Source: an uncultured Bacteroidota bacterium (GTDB lineage: Bacteria > Bacteroidota > Bacteroidia > Bacteroidales > GWA2-32-17). Taken from it: a stretch of 64,000 nucleotides of DNA. The stretch covers positions 9,815 to 73,814 of the forward strand of contig CAILUD010000101.1 of NCBI GenBank assembly GCA_903837285.1, in the 5' to 3' direction. Below the pieces are notes generated by a model. The model saw only the letters and a list, made by a program, of their open reading frames with translations. It searched no databases and was not told the origin of the DNA. Positions 57,181-64,000 of this stretch are shown here, one piece after another. Made by a program: the position numbers and the translations under genes. Positions within the stretch are counted from its first letter, which is position 1. Every line of letters starts with the position of its first letter.

Positions 57181-57444
57181 TTATTTTCTACCTGCATGAC
57201 CCCTATATGTACGGGTAGGTGAAAACTCACCTAATTTATGTCCAACCATATTTTCAGTTACATATACAGGAATAAATTTATTTCCATTATGTACTGCTAT
57301 TGTCATTCCAACGAATTCTGGTGAAATCATTGATGCTCTTGACCAAGTTTTAATTGGTTGACGTTTGCCAGAAGCAATCATTTTTGTCACCTTACTCTCG
57401 AGTTTGAAGTGAATATATGGTCCCTTTTTTATGGATCGGCTCAT
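57181..57444 (-). CDS. rpsS: 30S ribosomal protein S19
   Basis: [11 protein letters not shown]...GHKLGEF.PTRT..GH. Confidence 0.95.
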   Translation of the reverse strand: MSRSIKKGPYIHFKLESKVTKMIASGKRQPIKTWSRASMISPEFVGMTIAVHNGNKFIPVYVTENMVGHKLGEFSPTRTYRGHAGRK

Positions 57445-57461
57445 AACGATTTACTTAATAA

Positions 57462-58286
57462 TTATTTTTTTCTACGTTCTATGATCAACTTATTTGAAGC
57501 ATTCTTTGGCTTACGGGTTTTGTAACCTTTAGCTGGAATACCTTTACGTGAACGAGGATGACCTCCTGAAGCTTTACCTTCACCACCACCCATTGGGTGA
57601 TCAACTGGGTTCATTGCAACTCCACGGTTTCTTGGTCTGCGACCTAACCAACGTGAGCGACCAGCTTTTCCAGAAACTTCCAGAAAATGATCAGGGTTAG
57701 ATGTCATACCAACTGTAGCTTTACATGTAACAAGAATTTTTCTTGTTTCACCTGAAGGCATTTTAATAATAGCATGACGACCTTCACGAGAAGTTAATGA
57801 CGCATAACAACCAGCGCTTCTAGCTATAGCAGCACCTTGACTAGGATAAAGTTCAATATTATGAATATTTGTTCCTAAAGGAATATCTGATAGAAAAAGA
57901 GTATTTCCAATTTCAGGAGCTGCATCTTTTCCAGATAAAATTACTTGACCAACTTTAATTCCGTTTGGAGCAATAATATATCTTTTTTCGCCATCAGCAT
58001 AATACACTAATGCAATACGTGCGCTACGGTTTGGATCATACTCAACAGTTTTAACTGTAGCAGGAATTCCGTCTTTTTCACGTAAAAAGTCAATCTCACG
58101 ATATTTCTTTTTATGTCCACCACCGATATAACGCATTGTCATTTTACCAGAATTATTTCTTCCGCCAGAATTTCTTACTGGTGACAATAATGATTTCTCA
58201 GGTGAACCAAAAGTAATTTCCTCAAACGAGCTTATTACTTTTCTTCTCTGACCCGGGGTTACAGGTTTAAATTTTTTAACGGCCAT
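57462..58286 (-). CDS. rplB: 50S ribosomal protein L2
   Basis: [14 protein letters not shown]...[12 protein letters not shown]. Confidence 0.95.
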   Translation of the reverse strand: MAVKKFKPVTPGQRRKVISSFEEITFGSPEKSLLSPVRNSGGRNNSGKMTMRYIGGGHKKKYREIDFLREKDGIPATVKTVEYDPNRSARIALVYYADGEKRYIIAPNGIKVGQVILSGKDAAPEIGNTLFLSDIPLGTNIHNIELYPSQGAAIARSAGCYASLTSREGRHAIIKMPSGETRKILVTCKATVGMTSNPDHFLEVSGKAGRSRWLGRRPRNRGVAMNPVDHPMGGGEGKASGGHPRSRKGIPAKGYKTRKPKNASNKLIIERRKK

Positions 58287-58292
58287 TGTATA

Positions 58293-58583
58293 TTAAATGT
58301 TGCTGTAAAAATCAATTTTTTCTCCTTTTGCCAATGTAACGATTGCTTTCTTAAAAGCACTCGATTTTCCTCGTAATAAACCAGAACGTGTATTTCGGGT
58401 TTTACTTTTGCCACTATAACTTATAGTATTTATAGAAGCTACGTTTACGCTATACAGTTTTTCGATTGCATTTTTAACCTGAAGTTTATTTGCAACCGTT
58501 GAAACCATAAATCCGTACTTGCCAAGTGAATCGCCCTGACGATTCATCTTTTCTGTTACTATTGGCCTGATAATGATATCCAT
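58293..58583 (-). CDS. rplW: 50S ribosomal protein L23
   Basis: 96 aa, IIRPIVTEK, position between rplD and rplB. Confidence 0.9.
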   Translation of the reverse strand: MDIIIRPIVTEKMNRQGDSLGKYGFMVSTVANKLQVKNAIEKLYSVNVASINTISYSGKSKTRNTRSGLLRGKSSAFKKAIVTLAKGEKIDFYSNI

Positions 58584-58593
58584 TACTCTATTT

Positions 58594-59223
58594 TTATTTA
58601 AGCATATTATTCTCTAAAACCGCAAGTGAACTCTCTACTAGAACTAAAGCCGAAGCCTTAACAATTTCATATGTAGTTAATTCTGAAATACTTATGACCT
58701 TAGAGTCTTTTAAATTTCGAGATGACAAATATACGTTTTTCTTTTGATCTGCTAACACTATTAAAGATTTTTTATCATCTATTTTTAAGTTTTTTCTTAG
58801 ATCAAGGAAATTCTTTGTCTTAGGCAATTCAAAATCAAAGTCTTCTAAAATAATAATATTATTATTTTTTGCTTTAGTTGACAATGCTGATTTTCTAGCT
58901 AATTGCTTTACTTTTTTATTTAATTTAATGCTATAGTCGCGAGGCATTGGCCCAAAAGCACGTCCACCACCAACAATAGTAGGTGATTTAATGTTACCAG
59001 CACGAGCACCACCAGTACCTTTTTGTTTTTTAATTTTTTTCGAACTTCCTCTAATTTCAGCGCGTTGTTTAGATTTGTGAGTACCCTGGCGATTATTTGC
59101 CATAAATTGTTTCACATCTAAATAAATAGCATGATCGTTCGGTTCGATTCCGAAAATGGCATCATTAAGGTCTACCTTACGGCCAGAATCTTGTCCAGAT
59201 ATATTTGTTACTGATAGTTCCAT
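58594..59223 (-). CDS. rplD: 50S ribosomal protein L4
   Basis: 209 aa. [11 protein letters not shown]....P...GGG.AFGP.PRDY. Confidence 0.95.
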   Translation of the reverse strand: MELSVTNISGQDSGRKVDLNDAIFGIEPNDHAIYLDVKQFMANNRQGTHKSKQRAEIRGSSKKIKKQKGTGGARAGNIKSPTIVGGGRAFGPMPRDYSIKLNKKVKQLARKSALSTKAKNNNIIILEDFDFELPKTKNFLDLRKNLKIDDKKSLIVLADQKKNVYLSSRNLKDSKVISISELTTYEIVKASALVLVESSLAVLENNMLK

Positions 59224-59840
59224 TACTTCTCAACTATTATATATGATCCATTTGACCCGGGAACCGAGCCTTTAACTACTAAAATATTTTGATCAGTTAT
59301 AAGCTTTACAATTTCTAGATTCATTTGTTTTACTTTTACTGAACCTGCATGACCTCCCATACGCATTCCCTTGAATACACGTGATGGATAAGAACTTGCA
59401 CCAAGTGAACCAGGAGCTCTTAATCTGTTATGTTGTCCGTGAGTTGTACCACCAACACCACTAAATCCATGACGTTTAATTACGCCCTGAAATCCTTTTC
59501 CTTTTGATATACCGGTAACATCAACAAAATTATCTTCTTTATAAAGATCAGCTGTTAAAACATCACCTTCTTTAATATCAAAAGTAAAATTTTTAAACTC
59601 ACGAACAATTCTTTTTGGAGTTGTTCCTGTTTTTTTGAAATGCCCAATTAAAGGTTTTGGGGTATTCTTTTCTTTTCTTTCGTCAAATGCTATTTGAATA
59701 GCATTGTAACCGTCTTTTTCTACGGTTTTCACCTGTGTTACTACACAGGGACCAACTTGTAAAACAGTGCATGGAATATTTTTTCCCTCGGCGCTGAAAA
59801 TCGAAGTCATTCCGATTTTTTTACCTATTAGTCCGGCCAT
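59223..59840 (-). CDS. rplC: 50S ribosomal protein L3
   Basis: [15 protein letters not shown]...GKGFQGV.KRH.F. Confidence 0.95.
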   Translation of the reverse strand: MAGLIGKKIGMTSIFSAEGKNIPCTVLQVGPCVVTQVKTVEKDGYNAIQIAFDERKEKNTPKPLIGHFKKTGTTPKRIVREFKNFTFDIKEGDVLTADLYKEDNFVDVTGISKGKGFQGVIKRHGFSGVGGTTHGQHNRLRAPGSLGASSYPSRVFKGMRMGGHAGSVKVKQMNLEIVKLITDQNILVVKGSVPGSNGSYIIVEK

Positions 59841-59861
59841 TGTTAATTATTATTTAATAAA

Positions 59862-60167
59862 TTACACTTTAATTTCTACTTCTACTCCGCTAGGAAGTTC
59901 TAATTTCATAAGCGCATCAATAGTTTTGGATGTAGAGCTATAAATATCCAATAATCTTTTGTGTGAACTTAATTGAAATTGTTCTCTTGATTTTTTGTTT
60001 ACAAAAGGCGATTTTAAAACAGTAAATATCCTTTTATGTGTTGGCAAAGGAATTGGTCCGTTTACAACTGCGCCAGTTGATTTAACAGTCTTTACGATTT
60101 TCTCAGCTGATTTGTCAACTAAGTTGTGATCATAAGATTTTAGTTTTATTCTAATTCTTTGGCTCAT
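59862..60167 (-). CDS. rpsJ: 30S ribosomal protein S10
   Basis: [18 protein letters not shown]... Confidence 0.95.
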   Translation of the reverse strand: MSQRIRIKLKSYDHNLVDKSAEKIVKTVKSTGAVVNGPIPLPTHKRIFTVLKSPFVNKKSREQFQLSSHKRLLDIYSSTSKTIDALMKLELPSGVEVEIKV

Positions 60168-60168
60168 A

Positions 60169-62280
60169 TTATTGATTAATGAAAATTTGCTTTCCTGTAA
60201 CTCGTTTAATAATTTCTGCTGCTAATTCAAATGGCATTTTCTGATATTGAAAAAATTCCATCGAAGAAGAAGCTCTGCCAGAAGTGATAGTACGTAAAAT
60301 TGTAACGTATCCAAAAACTTCAGCTAATGGAACCTGAGCTTTTACCACTCTTGCTCCTAATTTGTTATCCATTCCAAGAATCTGACCGCGACGACGATTT
60401 AAATCACTCATTACATCGCCCATATATTCTTCTGGAGTAACTATTTCAACATTCATAATTGGCTCTAAAAGTGTTGGATTTGCACTCATAGAAGCATTAC
60501 GATAAGATAAATTTGCTGCTATTTCAAAAGAAACACTATCAGAATCAACTGGATGGAAAGAGGCATCTGTTAATACAACTTTCAAATTCTCTAAAGTATA
60601 TCCTGCAAGTGGGCCATTATTCATAGCCATTTTAAATCCTTTTTCTACAGCTAAAATATATTCTTTTGGAAGATTATTTCCTTTTAATTCATTAATAAAT
60701 TGTAATCCAGAAACACCTTTATCAGCAGGACCAATTTTCACAGTAATTTCTGCAAATTTTCCTTTTCCGCCAGTTTGTTTCTTAAATATTTCGTGATGTT
60801 CTGTTTCGGTAGTTAAAGTTTCTTTATAAGCTACCATAGGAACGCCCTGATTAATTTGAACGTTATGTTCTCTTTTTAATCTATCGATTAAAATTTCCAA
60901 ATGAAGTTCACCCATACCGTTAATAGTAGTTTGTCCGGTATTTTCATCAATTTTTACGGTGAAAGTTGGGTCTTCATCGGAAAGTTTCTGAAGAGAAACG
61001 ACTAATTTGTCTATATCAGCCTGACTTACTGGCTCAACAGCTACTCCAATAACTGGTTCAGGAAAAACCATAGTTTCGAGAACTATTGGATGATTATCAT
61101 CACAAAGAGTATCTCCAGTTTTTACTTCTTTTAATCCAACTGCAGCACAAATATCACCAGCTTCTATTTCTTCTTTTGGTATTTGTTTGTTTGCATGCAT
61201 TTGGAATAATCTGGTAAGTCTTTCTTTTTTGCCAGTGCGAACATTATAGATCATTGCACCAACTTTTAAAACTCCAGAATAAACTCTTAAATATGTTAAT
61301 CTACCGACATAAGAATCGGTAGCTATTTTAAATGCTAAAGCTGAAAACGATTCTTCATTTTCAGGTTTTCTATTAATTGCTTTTTCTGTTTTTGGATCTA
61401 TTCCTTTTACGCTTCCGATATCAATTGGACTAGGCAAATAAGAAATAATACCATCAAGCAAACACTGAATTCCTTTATTTTTAAATGCTGCTCCACAAAA
61501 CATTGGTACAATCATCATTTTAATTGTAGCCTTGCGAACTGCGTTATAAATTTCTTCAGCAGTAATTAAACTTTTATCGTTTAGGAATTTTTCTAGAATA
61601 ACATCATCATGTTCCGCTAATTTTTCAAGCATAAACTCTCTCCACTCTTCAACTATTTCGTTCATGTCTTCAGGAACAGGAAGAGTTTCGTATGTTGAAC
61701 CTAACGATTCGTTATTCCAAACAATTGCTTTATTATTAATAAGGTCGATTACACCTTTAAAGCTATCTTCGCTACCAATTGGAATTTGAACCGGAATTGG
61801 ATTTGCTTTTAGTTTTTTCTGAATTTGTGTAATTACGCTATAAAAATCAGCTCCAGGTCTATCCATTTTATTAACAAATGCGATACGAGGAACATGATAT
61901 TTAGTAGCCTGGCGCCATACAGTTTCGGATTGTGGTTCAACACCACCAACTGCACAAAAAACTGCAACTGCGCCATCAAGAACACGAAGTGATCTTTCTA
62001 CCTCAACGGTAAAGTCAACGTGTCCGGGAGTATCAATAATGTTAATTTTGTAATCTTCATCAAGGTATTTCCAGAAAGTAGTAGTAGCTGCAGAAGTAAT
62101 TGTTATACCTCTCTCCTGCTCTTGTACCATCCAGTCCATAGTTGCAGAACCCTCATGGACTTCTCCCATTCTATGGTTAATGCCGGTATAATATAATATA
62201 CGCTCAGTGGTAGTGGTTTTACCTGCATCAATGTGAGCCATGATGCCAATATTTCTGGTATATTTTAAATCTTTTGCCAT
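60169..62280 (-). CDS. fusA: Elongation factor G (canonical)
   Basis: 703 aa. [21 protein letters not shown]. Located between rpsG and rpsJ. Confidence 0.95.
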   Translation of the reverse strand: MAKDLKYTRNIGIMAHIDAGKTTTTERILYYTGINHRMGEVHEGSATMDWMVQEQERGITITSAATTTFWKYLDEDYKINIIDTPGHVDFTVEVERSLRVLDGAVAVFCAVGGVEPQSETVWRQATKYHVPRIAFVNKMDRPGADFYSVITQIQKKLKANPIPVQIPIGSEDSFKGVIDLINNKAIVWNNESLGSTYETLPVPEDMNEIVEEWREFMLEKLAEHDDVILEKFLNDKSLITAEEIYNAVRKATIKMMIVPMFCGAAFKNKGIQCLLDGIISYLPSPIDIGSVKGIDPKTEKAINRKPENEESFSALAFKIATDSYVGRLTYLRVYSGVLKVGAMIYNVRTGKKERLTRLFQMHANKQIPKEEIEAGDICAAVGLKEVKTGDTLCDDNHPIVLETMVFPEPVIGVAVEPVSQADIDKLVVSLQKLSDEDPTFTVKIDENTGQTTINGMGELHLEILIDRLKREHNVQINQGVPMVAYKETLTTETEHHEIFKKQTGGKGKFAEITVKIGPADKGVSGLQFINELKGNNLPKEYILAVEKGFKMAMNNGPLAGYTLENLKVVLTDASFHPVDSDSVSFEIAANLSYRNASMSANPTLLEPIMNVEIVTPEEYMGDVMSDLNRRRGQILGMDNKLGARVVKAQVPLAEVFGYVTILRTITSGRASSSMEFFQYQKMPFELAAEIIKRVTGKQIFINQ

Positions 62281-62306
62281 TAATCCACTACCGTCAAAGA
62301 ACTTTT

Positions 62307-62783
62307 TTAAAATCTAAAATGCGAGAAAGCTTTATTAGCGTCTGCCATTCTATGAGTATCTTCTTTTCTTTTAAAAGCTCCACCTTCTGAATTATAAGCT
62401 GCAACAATTTCTGCTGCTAGTTTTTCGCTCATTGATCTTCCGCTACGTTTACGTGCAAACTCTACTAAGTTTTTAATGCTTATTGCAACTTTGCGATCCT
62501 GACGAATTTCGGTAGGTACTTGAAAAGTAGCTCCACCAACTCTACGACTTTTTACTTCAACGTTAGGAGTTATATTCTCTAATGCTCTCTTCCAATATTC
62601 TAACGGTTCTAATCCTGATTCCTTTGTTTTTTTAGCAACAACCTCCATTGCATCATAAAACGCTGCTAACGCAACACTTTTTTTGCCATCATACATTAGG
62701 TCATTAACAAATCTGGTAACCAGAACATCATTGAATTTTGGATCGGGCAGAATGATGCGTTTTTTTGGTCTCGACTTTCTCAT
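62307..62783 (-). CDS. rpsG: 30S ribosomal protein S7
   Basis: [19 protein letters not shown]... Confidence 0.95.
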   Translation of the reverse strand: MRKSRPKKRIILPDPKFNDVLVTRFVNDLMYDGKKSVALAAFYDAMEVVAKKTKESGLEPLEYWKRALENITPNVEVKSRRVGGATFQVPTEIRQDRKVAISIKNLVEFARKRSGRSMSEKLAAEIVAAYNSEGGAFKRKEDTHRMADANKAFSHFRF

Positions 62784-62795
62784 TGTGTCTTATAA

Positions 62796-63176
62796 TTATT
62801 TTTTAACTTTTGGTCTTTTTGTTCCGTATTTTGATCTTCTTTGTTTACGACCTTCAACTCCGGCTGTATCCAAAGCTCCACGAATAATATGATAACGTAC
62901 TCCAGGCAAGTCTTTTACACGACCACCACGAATAAGTACTATTGAATGTTCTTGTAAGTTATGACCTTCACCAGGGATATAAGCAATAACTTCCTGTCCG
63001 TTTGTAATACGAACTTTAGCCACTTTGCGCATAGCAGAGTTAGGCTTTTTAGGTGTTGTTGTGTATACACGGGTACAAACGCCACGACGTTGCGGGCATG
63101 AATCAAGTGCTCTTGACTTACTTTTTTCTACGATTTTTTTTCGGCCTTTTCTAACCAATTGCTCTACAGTCGGCAT
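62796..63176 (-). CDS. rpsL: 30S ribosomal protein S12
   Basis: [12 protein letters not shown]...[31 protein letters not shown]. Confidence 0.95.
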   Translation of the reverse strand: MPTVEQLVRKGRKKIVEKSKSRALDSCPQRRGVCTRVYTTTPKKPNSAMRKVAKVRITNGQEVIAYIPGEGHNLQEHSIVLIRGGRVKDLPGVRYHIIRGALDTAGVEGRKQRRSKYGTKRPKVKK

Positions 63177-63219
63177 AAATACTCACTTTTAATTAAATAA
63201 AGTTTTCCAAAATGGTTTG

Positions 63220-63227
63220 CAAAGGTA
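63220..63227 (-). promoter_or_regulatory. Candidate -7 box (TACCTTTG on minus strand) for the str/S10 operon
   Basis: Plus strand CAAAGGTA. 44 nt upstream of the rpsL start. No well-spaced -33 TTTG seen. Confidence 0.4.
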
Positions 63228-63455
63228 AAACAATATTTATTTAAAACAACGATGTGCAAAGAAAAAATATCTACAAAAGTGTAAACATTTACCTAGAACA
63301 CTATTTTACATGTTATAAAATATGTTTTAATGACCTAATTAAGTTTCAATTAACTTAAAAATAAATATTATTAATATTCTAATAATATATTGATTATAAA
63401 CTGTAATTCTATTATATTTTGAATAGAAATTACTTAAAATTAATTTTCACTGTTT

Positions 63456-63487
63456 TTTGTATTTTTTCTAAAATTAAATTAGGTTTG
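63456..63487 (+). promoter_or_regulatory. Candidate promoter (TTTG-N20-TAGGTTTG) for the EF-G paralogue
   Basis: -33 TTTG at 63456-63459, -7 TAGGTTTG at 63480-63487, 52 nt upstream of the ATG at 63539. Confidence 0.5.
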
Positions 63488-63538
63488 TATCCTTTTTAAA
63501 AGTAATGCGCGTAAAACAATTAATTTAATAAATAGAAA

Positions 63539-64000
63539 ATGAAAGTTTATCAAACGGAGCAGATCAGGAATATTGTATTTGTTGGTAATTCTTCTTCAGG
63601 AAAGACCACACTTGGAGAAGCTATGCTATTTGAAGGTGGTATTATTAGCCGACGTGGCGACATAAGTAATAAAAGTACTGTTTCAGATTATTACGATATA
63701 GAACATCATAACGGTTGTTCAATATATTCTGCATTATTACAGACAGAGTATCTAGATAAAAAAATTAATATTTTAGATACTCCAGGCTTTGACGATTTTA
63801 ATAATGCTATTTTTTCATCATTTAAAGTTGCAGATACAGCAGTACTTTTAATAAATGCACAGAACGGTATTGAAGTTGGTACTCAAATTCAAATGCGTTA
63901 TGTCGAGAAAATGGAGAAACCGCTTATTATAGTAATAAATCAACTCGATCACGATAAAGCAAACGTTGAGAAAACAACCGAAGGAATAAAAGCATTCTTT
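63539..64000 (+). CDS. EF-G-like translational GTPase paralogue (partial, runs off window end) with degenerate G3/G4 motifs
   Basis: Open frame from ATG 63539 to the window end (154 codons), not in the ORF track because it has no stop. IRNIVFVGNSSSGKTTLGEAML, DTPGFDDF, NQLD, colinear with the fusA N-terminus. Confidence 0.8.
   Translation, partial: MKVYQTEQIRNIVFVGNSSSGKTTLGEAMLFEGGIISRRGDISNKSTVSDYYDIEHHNGCSIYSALLQTEYLDKKINILDTPGFDDFNNAIFSSFKVADTAVLLINAQNGIEVGTQIQMRYVEKMEKPLIIVINQLDHDKANVEKTTEGIKAFF

Noticed and set aside
60167-60169. Missing tuf between fusA and rpsJ, and missing adk between secY and map, as a possible deletion
   Set aside because: As far as I recall, this gene order is the normal Bacteroidota arrangement. 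The junctions are tight (1 nt and 18 nt) with no relic sequence.

Overview
AT-rich bacterial chromosome segment, almost certainly Bacteroidota. Support: four T9SS C-terminal sorting domains, TTTG / TAnnTTTG promoter boxes, and a str-S10-spc-alpha ribosomal gene order without tuf or adk. Layout: (1) 0.2-13.9 kb, + strand housekeeping and envelope genes (guaB, three PPIase/SurA-like chaperone genes, MoxR ATPase, OstA-like protein, murI), interrupted by a 1273-aa choice-of-anchor-L / SprB-repeat T9SS adhesin. (2) 13.9-21.6 kb: a membrane SpoIIE/PP2C phosphatase, a 966-aa cytoplasmic protein that fuses about 690 aa of unknown sequence to an intact M28 peptidase domain, PepD and an MFS transporter. 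(3) 21.9-29.8 kb: an accessory islet with three T9SS type-A cargo genes (LamG-type, DUF362-like, BNR propeller), a small membrane protein and a Rossmann-fold gene. (4) 30-45.2 kb, minus strand: multi-PAS hybrid histidine kinase, tandem thioredoxin-fold protein, hisS, exported ankyrin protein, ettA, two exported hypothetical proteins, a Y_Y_Y-propeller/SpoIIE sensor phosphatase and a UbiD-family decarboxylase. (5) 45.5-63.2 kb, minus strand: the complete rpsL-rpsG-fusA-S10-spc-alpha superoperon (33 genes, including hand-found rpmJ). (6) From 63.5 kb: a divergent EF-G paralogue, partial. I saw no rRNA, tRNA, CRISPR array, transposase, integrase or recognisable defence system. The most unusual signals are structural. 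An about 180-bp direct repeat (promoter plus a relic of a gene 3-prime end) brackets the BNR gene. A palindromic REP-like element sits in frame, twice, inside a coding sequence. Mosaic hairpin clusters with an identical 27-nt module follow two genes. A 31-codon enolase N-terminal relic lies downstream of rplQ. An 8-nt periodic array covers the hisS stop codon. The best candidates for undescribed protein biology are the M28 fusion protein, the DUF362-like multi-TM T9SS protein with its small membrane partner, and the sensor-phosphatase module with two exported unknowns. All functional calls come from reading motifs by eye; no searches were run.
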